Source of the DNA: Clostridiales bacterium
GTDB taxonomy: Bacteria > Bacillota > Clostridia > Lachnospirales > Lachnospiraceae
Direction of reading: 5' to 3'
NCBI GenBank assembly: GCA_021205085.1
Contig: JAJPYF010000003.1
Coordinates: forward strand, 1-57,125
Length of the DNA stretch: 57,125 nucleotides
The translations under genes and the position numbers were made by a program. Shown one piece after another: positions 20,243-30,000 of the stretch. Positions within the stretch are counted from its first letter, which is position 1; every line of letters begins with the position of its first letter. The notes under the pieces are model-generated. The model was given only the letters and a program-made list of their open reading frames with translations. It had not been told where the DNA came from and did no database searches.

Positions 20243-22117
20243 TTATATAACCGTCTGCCCGGCGCCCCCCTCCGCCGAAACCTCCTCATTCTGTGCTGTC
20301 AATTCCTCTGTCTCAGACTCCCCGCTCTCCGGCAGCAGCTCCTCCGCCGCCAGCTTCTCCTTCTTCCTTTTATTCAGGCGTGTCATTACCACAGCTACCA
20401 CCACGACCGCCGCCGCCATCGCGCCCACGGCCATGAGAATCATCTGCACAAGCGAAAACGGCAGAGAGCTCGTCGTGCCTGTAACCACATAGCTGTCATA
20501 TGTAATCAGTTCATCCCCATAGTTTGCGGCATCATCCGCAGAGATCAGTGCCGTTGAGACATCAACTCCCTCCACATCGATCCCGGTCATATAGGTTCGG
20601 CTGCTGTTGATATTCGAAAACCAGAAGGTGACGAGGCCGCTCTGTCCGGCATAGACAGACTGCAGCGGCGTCGAATCACGGCCGGCGAAAAGAGAGACAA
20701 CCCCGCCGGCGTGCCCGCTCCCGAAGGGCAGCGACACGCTGCACTGGAAATTCACATCGGAACCGAAGGACAGCTGAAATGCCTCCGCGCCCTTCAGAAT
20801 CCGTTTCCACCGGAATCCGACCTTCTCCTTTGCGGTCACCTCCGCACTCATATCATAACTGTCATAAAACGATGTCCCGGCCAGATCGTCATTTTCCATT
20901 TCCCAGATCACACCGTTTTCCATGGTAACTTTTAAATCCGCGCCGGAGTCCGCCACCGCTTCCAGAAATTCCCCGGTCAGGGCGGTCTCTCCGCCGGTCA
21001 TCATGAGCTCGATTGCATCCACCGCCGCCATCTCCGCGTCGATGACACCGGTCAGCTCCTCTGAAGTCGCCGTTCCGTCGATAATGCTCAGATATTCAAT
21101 CAGGGCGGAAAGTCCTTCCGCATTGATCACCGTCATGGACACGGTTCGGCTCTCCGATGTAATCTCCCGATCCTCCATGTCGAGCAGATACAGGATCTCA
21201 TCGGAGATCACACAACCGCTCTGGCTGAGAACGCCGTAGGAACGGATCCGGTAGACGCCGTCCTCCACCTCTTCCTCCTCCGTATCCCGGTAGGTGTAGA
21301 GAACGGATCCGTCATAGTCTTTCACGCCGTCCTCATCGATCGGCGCACCATCCCCCTGCGCCGCGGCCAGAAGCGTGTTCGCGCTCCCCTCCGCACAGGC
21401 AAGCGAGGTGAGCGACTCACATCCGTAAAACGCTTTCTCACCGGCGGAAGTAATGCTCTCGCTCAGTGCAACGGCTCCCAGAGAATTGCAGCTGTAAAAT
21501 GTCCATGTCGGCAGCGTGCTGACGGATGCGCCGATATCCGCCTGCGCCAGACCGGAACAGTAGGCAAAGACTGAGCTCCCCATCTCCGTGACCGAGGAGG
21601 GAACCGTCACCGCGAGCAGGCTCTCGCAGCGGTAAAACGCCTCCGTCCCCAGAGACGTGAGCGTCTCCGGCAGACCGATAACGGTCAGCGAAGTACAATA
21701 GCGGAATGCGTCCCTTCCGATTGAGGTCACGCCGGACATCTCCGCGGAGAGAAGCGAACTGCACTCCGCAAACGCATAGTCGCCCACATCCGTGACGCTC
21801 TCCGCCAGAGAGACGCTCGTCAGGCTCTCGCACTCGTAAAAGGCGGCATATCCCACATTTTCCACGCCGTCCTTCACCACCACGGCGCGGATCTCATCCC
21901 GGCACTCAGACCATGGCGTCTCATCCGGATCCGAATAATCCGGCATCACGCCGCTGCCGCTCACCGTCAGCGTGCCGCTGCCGTCCAGCGTCCAGGAGAG
22001 ATCTCCCGCGCTCCCGCTCTCAGACGCGTGCGCCGCCAGCGTCCCCGCGGTCAGCAGCAAAGCCAGCGCCAGGACCAGTCCCGCGCTCCAGATTATCAGA
22101 TTTCGGATTCGATTCAT
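20243..22117 (-). CDS. BspA-type LRR_5 surface protein with C-terminal membrane anchor (paralog of 12539..14251)
   Basis: Signal peptide, WTLDGSGTLTVSGSG cap, LRR_5 repeats, GTTSSLPFSLVQMILMAVGAMAAAVVVVAVVMT anchor. Confidence 0.9.
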   Translation of the reverse strand: MNRIRNLIIWSAGLVLALALLLTAGTLAAHASESGSAGDLSWTLDGSGTLTVSGSGVMPDYSDPDETPWSECRDEIRAVVVKDGVENVGYAAFYECESLTSVSLAESVTDVGDYAFAECSSLLSAEMSGVTSIGRDAFRYCTSLTVIGLPETLTSLGTEAFYRCESLLAVTVPSSVTEMGSSVFAYCSGLAQADIGASVSTLPTWTFYSCNSLGAVALSESITSAGEKAFYGCESLTSLACAEGSANTLLAAAQGDGAPIDEDGVKDYDGSVLYTYRDTEEEEVEDGVYRIRSYGVLSQSGCVISDEILYLLDMEDREITSESRTVSMTVINAEGLSALIEYLSIIDGTATSEELTGVIDAEMAAVDAIELMMTGGETALTGEFLEAVADSGADLKVTMENGVIWEMENDDLAGTSFYDSYDMSAEVTAKEKVGFRWKRILKGAEAFQLSFGSDVNFQCSVSLPFGSGHAGGVVSLFAGRDSTPLQSVYAGQSGLVTFWFSNINSSRTYMTGIDVEGVDVSTALISADDAANYGDELITYDSYVVTGTTSSLPFSLVQMILMAVGAMAAAVVVVAVVMTRLNKRKKEKLAAEELLPESGESETEELTAQNEEVSAEGGAGQTVI

Positions 22118-22141
22118 GTTGGTACCTCGTTCTTGTGTTTT

Positions 22142-25100
22142 TTAGTAAGGGTTGCTGATCGTCAGCTTGTTGCTCAGATCCACCTTGTAGGTCACATCGT
22201 GATACTTGATGTAGATCTCATCGATTACGACCGGCTCGTAGTTGGTGATCACGGTCTGGTAGAGAATGTTCTCATCCTCCGGGTCTGTGGTGGTGCCGTA
22301 GGTGCCGTCCGTGTAGGTGACATATTCATCGGTGTTGTAATTGTACACCGGCTCCTCCACCGTGTCGTATGTGCCCAGCAGGGTCTTTTCCAGTCCCGTC
22401 ACATTTGTCAATGACTTGGTGGAATCGGTATCGCCGCTCACTTTCCCGATGATCATGCCATAGTTTGTGTATCCATTATATTTGTTATCATAAATCCGGC
22501 CGGCGCTGTTGATCGCGGACGTGTAGGTAAAGCCGCGCATATAGATACTGCTCTTTGAACTGCCCAGAGCCAGGTAATCTCCCGTCACCGTCCCGTCGTC
22601 GCTCACCAGTCCGTCCTCCGCCGTCAGCCACACCGCCGGCGCGTCGGAACTGATGTAAATATTCTGGGCGTACATCTGCACATACCCCTTCGGCAGGTAC
22701 CATCCGTTTAATTTGGTCACCAATTTTGTATTTAAATTGCCGCTCATAGGCATCCCGAACTTGGCCGTCCACTCAAAATTGCCCTCGTCCGTAGTTGTAA
22801 AAGTTACTTTTTCTGTCGTCCCGGTATAGTTAAACCATGTCGAACCGTCTGTCAGAGTCGTGCTTGTGCTCACAGCACCGGTGGTGTTCGAATGAGTTAG
22901 CGTCCCATCGCTTTTCCCCAGCTTCGGCAGATCGCCCGTCTCGTAGATCAGCGGCGCCAGGCTCACCTGGTATCCCGCATCCCCGACCGTGTAGGTCAGG
23001 GTAGCCTCATACTCGCCCCAGAGGTTGAAGCCGATGGCGTCCTCGCCGAAGGTGTAGGTCACGCCGTCCGCACTCTCATCCGCCGCCAACGTGGCGGTCA
23101 GCGGCGCCTGTGTCTCATTGTAGACGATGGTATAGCCGTAATCCGCTGTAGTGTCCGCATCCAGCTCGTACTCCAGATCCGTCACCGCAAGCCCCTCGAC
23201 GGCCTCGCCCTCGAAATCCTCCAGCACCACGGTCAGCTCGCCAAGGTCATAGGAAGCCACCGCGTAGAAATTGCTGCTCGCGGCCGTCGTCGATGTCACG
23301 CTGCTGATGCTGGTGGCCTTGCTGCCGGTCAGGGTGATGGCGCTCTCTGCGGTCACCGACGCGCCGGTGTACGCCGTGGTCTCCGTCCCAACGCTCTCAT
23401 CCGCCAGACCGTAGGTCTCCGTGATGTAGACCGTGGTCACGATCTTGGCCGTGATGGCCTCATCCTCCGTATTGATCGCGCCGCTTTGCTCTCCCTCCGT
23501 GCCTTTCCCGTTGCTGTCATAGGTCACCGGATAGAGCTGCAGCTCCATAAGCTGGAAATTCCCTTCCAGCGCCGCGCCATTTTCATCCACCGCCGCGAAG
23601 GTCCATGTGGTGAGGCCCGAATCCGCGTCCGACTCCGTGATCTCACCCGACAGTGTGTAAAGCTCATCTGCGGTCACATTATCCACGTTCTTTATGACCG
23701 CCTTGATCGCCCAGCCCACATCCGCATTCAGCATCTGCACGCAGAATCTGCCCGTACCGCCGATGACGGTCTGGGTCGCCTCCGTGAGGTTCGCCGCGTA
23801 CTCCGGCTCAGCCTCCACATAGTAGGCGGAGACCAGAGACGGTGCGGAGGTGCTGGATGTGACAGACTGGTCGCCGATGCTCAGGTAACTGAAGCTGTAG
23901 ACGCCGATGCCGCTCACCTCGAACTGTCCGGTATAGCTGCCCGATGTGCTGCTCCATGTCAGCCCGGCCTCCAGATACTCCGTCGAGCTTCCGGTCTTCG
24001 CGTAGCGCAGCTTGATCTCGCTGCCCTCCGCCAGGCCGCCGGTACCCGCGATGTTTCTGAGGACGCTTCCGCTGTTGTCCGTGATTGTCACGGACACAGA
24101 CACCGTGTAGGCCTCTCCGTCCTCATAGGTGATCTGCGTCGTTCCCTCGTCAAAGTCCGCACTGGAAAGGCGGATCGTGGTGCGCAGCCCCATGTATGTC
24201 GTCAATGTCCTCTGCATGGCCTCCGGGATATCATAGATATCGCTGCCCACATAGAAGTATTTCAGTGTATAAGTGCCGGACGCTGTGATTGTCGCGCTGC
24301 CCGTCCACGCCTGGCCGTCCGCACTGGTCAGCGTCGCGTAGATGTATTTGCCGCTGCTGCTTACAAAAGCCGCCCTCACAGTCGAATCACCGGTATACTC
24401 CGACGCGAAGTTCACCGTCACCGGCACACTCACCAAGCTGTCCGCCGTGAACACCGTCTGGGATGCCGAGGAGTAATCCCAGCTGACGGAATTCAGCGTG
24501 AGGCCTGCGACCGTCACCGTGACGGCCTCCTCCAGCTCATACTCCGCGCCGTCGAGCGTCACATGCGTCAGCACATAGGTTCCCGCGGACGGGAATTCGT
24601 ATGTCATCGTCCAGACGCTCTCATCCTCCGTGCTCTGCACCAAAGAGACTGTCTCCTGCTTTAACGCCTGGCTTCCGCTGTTGACCTGACGGCCGTAAGC
24701 GGCAGTCACAGTCGAAGGAGCGGAGCCCTCCACCTTCAATGTAACCACGGTGGTCTGATTATCATCGTCCATGCCCCATGTGTGCTCTGTCACATCCGCC
24801 TCGGCTGTCAGCTGCACGGACTCATTGTAGAGATCGCTGTTCTCGCTGCCGGCCGTCGTCAGTGTCTCACTGCTCGCAAACTGCAGATTCAGCTTTCCGG
24901 TGAGATTCTCAGCCACCGTGGCATCCGCGTTTGTAACGCCGGTTCCGTCGACATAAAGCAATGCCGTGATGGAGACCGCCTCGTTCTGCTCCAGCGCAGT
25001 GATATAATAGGTATATTCCGACACCTCAACGGTCTCTGTGACGGGATCTCCGTTTATGTCCACCACAGGCTCCCCGCTGTCATCCAGCACCTCGACCTCC

Positions 25101-26947
25101 TGCGTCCCGGTCACCACACTGTACACATTGGCGTCCGTGTGATCCACCACCAGAGGCACGGTCACGCGCCCCGCGCTGTTCTCATAATAATTGTCGGTGT
25201 CAAAACTGGCGGTGGCCAGCTTCGTCCCGGTCTGGGTGTTAAAAAATACCACCTTCATCTGTTTGATCATGTTCAGGATGTTCGTCAGTTCCTCCGCGGA
25301 GGAATAGTAGAACACATAACAGCTGCCGCTGCCCTGCGTGGCGGAAGTCCCGTAGATCGTGCTGTCGTCATACTCCGTCCAGATGCGGTTCGAGCCCTCA
25401 TAGCCGACCACATTCCCGGAGCTGTCCGTGACAGTCGCCCCGTCAAGGAGCAGATAGGAAGTCCCCTCCGCATTGGTCCTCACCCAGAGGTCCACCGCCA
25501 TGCCGTAGGTCTCATCGGCAGTGGAGGAGCCCAGACCCGCGTCCGTATCCTCCGGCGAAGCGGAGATCGCATCGGAAACCAGGTCGTTGGAAGACGTGGT
25601 GGACACCACCATGGTGATCCAAAGGTCTTTATCTGAAAAATACTTTTGATAGGTAAAATGGGCCTCCAGTTTGCCCGTCGTCATGGAATAGCCCAGCAGC
25701 TCCTCAAAATCATAGAGCAGGCCCTCCGTGAGGTGGACGTTTGCCGTGTGTCTGTTTATCGTCGATTCGGAATCGCCCGACATATTGATAAAGAGTATCG
25801 CCGTAGACGCGCTCATAAGCTCAGACCATGAATAAACCGTGCTGTATGTGCTGCGGGTATATGTCGCCGTCGAATAGGGGAACAGAGCCGCAAGCTTCGG
25901 CTGAAGCGTGCTCCACGACACAGAGCTCCCGGCCAGAGCGCTGTTGTAGATCGTGAGCATCTGCGCAGTGTAGGTATTCAGGCTTTTTACCAGAGCCAGA
26001 TAGTCGTCCCAGCCGGTCAGGGTCACGCCCTCCGCCTCCCACTCGGCCTCAGTCTTTTCCTTCAGTTCGTCCAGTGTCCACGGCGTATAGAGCTTTTCGC
26101 CCTCCTTGGCGCCGTAAATATTGTACTGATAGATTTCCGCCACAGCCACATAGGCCTCGCCCAGTGTGTCCGCCGCGGCCGAGAGATCCACATACATATT
26201 GTAGATATCGCCTGTATAATCCGCGTAGTCGTGCGCATCGCCGCCATTCAGCTTGTAATCCAGATAATCGCCGACCATCGCCACAAGCGTACTCATATAT
26301 CCGCTGTCGGATGAGACCACCGCCGCGTAGGCATCCTCCGCCGCCGCCAGCTTTGTCTGCGCGGCCGCTCTCAGCGTCGCCAGATCCGCCTCGCCGGTGG
26401 ATGTCGTCTCCACGGTCGCCACAGCGCGGACGCCGTACTCGCCGGAGACCTGCCAGTATCGATAATCTGCATCCCAGATCGTGTACCGCAGCGCGTTATT
26501 CAGGGTCGTGATTCGCCCGTCCGTCCCGTAGTCCACCGACATGAGCGGGTTCGTGCGGAGTGACGAGGTGTTGAGCCTTGAGGGGTAGAGCGTCAGGTTA
26601 TCCAGCCCGTAGGAGGAATCCGACAGGCTGACAAGGTTTCCCCATGTCTGGTTCGCCAACGTCACATCCTGCGACGAGGAGGAATCCCCGACCGCGCTTG
26701 TCTCCGGCTCCTCGCCGTCCGCCCCGGAAAGTGCAATCTCCAGGCTTCCGTTTCCGGTGACGGTCGTCTCCACGCCGCTCACCTCCGGATTTGTCGAGAG
26801 GGTCACCCACGCGAAGGTTGAGCCGACCATGAGCACCGCGGAGAGAACTGTCATCCACAGAACCGCCATGACCTTCCCCTTTGCCTTCGGAAGCATCGCC
26901 TCCAGGCGGAGGATATTCTGTTTTGTCTCATTGCTCATTTCGCCCAT
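22142..26947 (-). CDS. giant SipW-type-signal surface subunit, paralog 2 (subfamily A)
   Basis: 1601 aa; STFA|WVTLSTNPEV; colinear with paralogs 1 and 4; RBS GGGAGG. Confidence 0.88.
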   Translation of the reverse strand: MGEMSNETKQNILRLEAMLPKAKGKVMAVLWMTVLSAVLMVGSTFAWVTLSTNPEVSGVETTVTGNGSLEIALSGADGEEPETSAVGDSSSSQDVTLANQTWGNLVSLSDSSYGLDNLTLYPSRLNTSSLRTNPLMSVDYGTDGRITTLNNALRYTIWDADYRYWQVSGEYGVRAVATVETTSTGEADLATLRAAAQTKLAAAEDAYAAVVSSDSGYMSTLVAMVGDYLDYKLNGGDAHDYADYTGDIYNMYVDLSAAADTLGEAYVAVAEIYQYNIYGAKEGEKLYTPWTLDELKEKTEAEWEAEGVTLTGWDDYLALVKSLNTYTAQMLTIYNSALAGSSVSWSTLQPKLAALFPYSTATYTRSTYSTVYSWSELMSASTAILFINMSGDSESTINRHTANVHLTEGLLYDFEELLGYSMTTGKLEAHFTYQKYFSDKDLWITMVVSTTSSNDLVSDAISASPEDTDAGLGSSTADETYGMAVDLWVRTNAEGTSYLLLDGATVTDSSGNVVGYEGSNRIWTEYDDSTIYGTSATQGSGSCYVFYYSSAEELTNILNMIKQMKVVFFNTQTGTKLATASFDTDNYYENSAGRVTVPLVVDHTDANVYSVVTGTQEVEVLDDSGEPVVDINGDPVTETVEVSEYTYYITALEQNEAVSITALLYVDGTGVTNADATVAENLTGKLNLQFASSETLTTAGSENSDLYNESVQLTAEADVTEHTWGMDDDNQTTVVTLKVEGSAPSTVTAAYGRQVNSGSQALKQETVSLVQSTEDESVWTMTYEFPSAGTYVLTHVTLDGAEYELEEAVTVTVAGLTLNSVSWDYSSASQTVFTADSLVSVPVTVNFASEYTGDSTVRAAFVSSSGKYIYATLTSADGQAWTGSATITASGTYTLKYFYVGSDIYDIPEAMQRTLTTYMGLRTTIRLSSADFDEGTTQITYEDGEAYTVSVSVTITDNSGSVLRNIAGTGGLAEGSEIKLRYAKTGSSTEYLEAGLTWSSTSGSYTGQFEVSGIGVYSFSYLSIGDQSVTSSTSAPSLVSAYYVEAEPEYAANLTEATQTVIGGTGRFCVQMLNADVGWAIKAVIKNVDNVTADELYTLSGEITESDADSGLTTWTFAAVDENGAALEGNFQLMELQLYPVTYDSNGKGTEGEQSGAINTEDEAITAKIVTTVYITETYGLADESVGTETTAYTGASVTAESAITLTGSKATSISSVTSTTAASSNFYAVASYDLGELTVVLEDFEGEAVEGLAVTDLEYELDADTTADYGYTIVYNETQAPLTATLAADESADGVTYTFGEDAIGFNLWGEYEATLTYTVGDAGYQVSLAPLIYETGDLPKLGKSDGTLTHSNTTGAVSTSTTLTDGSTWFNYTGTTEKVTFTTTDEGNFEWTAKFGMPMSGNLNTKLVTKLNGWYLPKGYVQMYAQNIYISSDAPAVWLTAEDGLVSDDGTVTGDYLALGSSKSSIYMRGFTYTSAINSAGRIYDNKYNGYTNYGMIIGKVSGDTDSTKSLTNVTGLEKTLLGTYDTVEEPVYNYNTDEYVTYTDGTYGTTTDPEDENILYQTVITNYEPVVIDEIYIKYHDVTYKVDLSNKLTISNPY

Positions 26948-27009
26948 TTTGTTTCCTCCCTATATCCTATATCGAAAGTTTTCTTCCTTTCACGACTTTG
27001 GGAAATTCA

Positions 27010-30000
27010 TCAGTCAGCGCTGTAGTACATATTGATCTCAAATACATTGCTGGTGTTCACTAAATAAGTCACTCCGTTGTACTGGATGCAGATCTCGTCG
27101 ATATCCAACGGCTCGTAGTCGGTCATCACGGTCTGGTATTGGGTATCTTCGGTAATCTCATCCGTAACCACGCACTTCATGGTGCTCGTGGCCAAACCAG
27201 TAGTAGGACTAATCACATAGTCCAGCTCTCCGGTTACATATCCCGGATCAGTCGCTGCATTAGCAGCCAGAGCATAGACAGGCTCTGTCGTTGTCCCGTA
27301 TGTCCCAAGTATGGTTCTTTCCGCGCCATAAACAGCCTTTGTATAACTACTACTGTACCACAAAGCTGTACTCTCCTCGTCCCCGGTGACTCTGCCAACG
27401 CCCATTCCGTTGATTGTCTTGCCGTCCAGGGTGCTCTGGCTGACCAGCCCGTCGGAGGAGATGGCCTCTGTATAAGCAAAGTTTCTGGTCAGATAATAAG
27501 ATGTTGCTGCTCCGTACAGGATATTTCCATCGGCGATGGTGCCGTCGTCCGCCACCACGCCGTCCTCCGCCGTAACCCAGACTGCCGGGGCGTCGTCCTC
27601 GGAGAGATAAATATTCTGCGCGTACATCTGCACATATCCGGCCGGTTTCATCCACCCTACTGTCAAATCCCAAACTACCTGCTGCCCGCTATTATATTTA
27701 GAGGTCCAGGTAGTTCCTGTCACAGCAAAGTAATAGGCGTTCCAGATGAAGTCGCTTGTATCGCCGTCGGCGTCGGCATCCTGCTCTGTCTCAAAAGAAG
27801 ACGGTATATTTTTTATTTCGTAGCTGAAAAATTCATATTCTTCGCCGTCGTTTGCGCTGACCAGTGCATTGGTAATAAGATAATTGGTGCCTTTTGATGC
27901 ATTTTTCAGGCTCAATGTGTCGCTAGAGTTCCCGAACGTCGGCAGAACGCCTGTATACTCCACCGAGGCCAGCTCCGCCGTCTCTTCCACGCCGTTTACG
28001 GTGTAGGTCAGCGTGGCCGCATACTCTCCCCAGAGGTTGAACCCGGCATCCTCGTCTGTAAAGGTGTAGGTTGCTCCGTCGGTGGTCTCGACTTCTGACA
28101 GCGTCATTGCCGAGGGCGCATCGTCCTCATTGTAGACGATGGTATAGCCGTAATCACTTGTGGAAGCGGTATCCAGCGTGTATTCCAGAGAGGTTGCCGT
28201 CACGCCGGACACAGCCTCCCCCTCAAAGTCTGCCAGCACAACCTCCAGCGCACTGGTGTCATAGGAGGACACCGCATAGAAGTTACTGCTTGTAGTGGTA
28301 TCCGCTGTCACGCTCGCGAGGGTTGTCGCGGCGTAGCCGCTGGTCACCTCGATGGTCTCTCCCTTCGAGGCATCCTCGCCGTCATAGGTTGCAGAGACAT
28401 ACACAGTGGTCACGATCTTTGCCGTGATCCCTTCCTCCGACACATCAATCGTCTTGTACAGATCGCCGGTGGATGCAGAGTAGATCTGCAGCTCCGTCAT
28501 CTGGAAGTTGCCCTCCAGCGCCTCGCCGCTGTCATCCACCGCCGCAAAGGTCCACTTCGCCGTTCCGCTCGAATCCACCGAACCCTTTTCGCCGTCCAGC
28601 GTGTAGGTGACATCCGTTCCAATAACATCCGTATCCTTGACCACCGCCTTGATCTTCCAGCTTGAAGAAGAATTCGCCATTCTCACGACAAAGCTTCCGG
28701 TACTTCCGATCACGGTCTGCGTCGCGGTCGTCAGGTTTTCCGCGTACTCCGGTACGGTTCCCTCATCATAGTGAACCGACAGGGACGGCGCCGAGGTCGT
28801 GGATGTCACGGACTCCGATCCGATCGTGACCGCGGTGAAGCTGTAAACGCCCGTCGTGCTCACAGAGAAGCTGCCCGTATAGGAGCTGCTGGAGGAATCC
28901 CATGTAAGAGTCGTCTCCAGATACTCTGTCGCGCTGTCGCTTCTTGTGTAGCGCAGCTTGACCGTGCTCCCCTCCGCAATGCCGCCGCTTCCGGTGATAT
29001 TGCGCAGCGTGCTTCCGGCGTTGTCAGTCAGTGTCACTGCCACGTTTACGGTGTAGGTATCGCCATCCTCATAGACGATGCTGGTCTGCCCCTCCTCAAA
29101 GCTTGTGCAGGTGGGCCGCACGGATGCGCGCAGCCCCATGCTGACGGTAAGCGTCTTCTGCATCGCCTCCGGGATATCGTAAATATCATTGCCGATATAG
29201 AAATATTTCAATGTATAAGTTCCGGATGACGTAAACTGCGCCTGACCCTTCCATACGCTCGCGTCGTCATCATCGACGGTGAGCGAGGCGTAGATATATT
29301 TGCCGTCACTCGAGACATACGCCGCGCGCACACTCTGGTTTCCGGTGTAGTCCACCGCGAAATCAAGCGTAACCGGAACCGTGACCGAGCTGTCCGCTGT
29401 CAGAACCGAGTATGCCGACGAGCTGTAATCCCACCGGACCGCGTCAAGGGCAAATCCTTCCACCGTCACGGTCAGCGGCTCCTCCAGCTCATACTTCTTC
29501 CCATCCACCGTCACAATGCTGAGAACATACGTACCGGCCGCACTGAAGGTGTATTTCATGGTCCATGTGCTCTCGCCCTCCGTGCTCTCACTCAGCGTAA
29601 AGTCCACCGCATCCGCCCGCAGCGCCTGCGCCCCGTTGTTCATCTGGCGGGAGTATCCTGCGGACACAGCCGTCGGGGTTGTGCCGCTGCTGACGGTCAG
29701 CGTCACCGCCGCGGTCACATTTCCGTCGTTGTCTGTCGTGTATTCCGCGGCCGCCGAGAGGTCAACCGCATCATTATAGAGGTCGCCGGATGTGCTTCCG
29801 GAAGTCTCCAGATTCGCGCTGCTGGCAAACTGTATGTTCAGCTCCCCGGTAAAGTTCTCGCTCACGGAGGCATCCGCGTTGGTAATCTGTGTGCCGTCCA
29901 GATAGAGGAGCGCTGTGATGGGCACCGCATCATTCTGCGTCAGTTTGGTGATATAGTAGACCGTCGTCGCGTCCCCATCCTCATCGGTCATTGTGATGCT

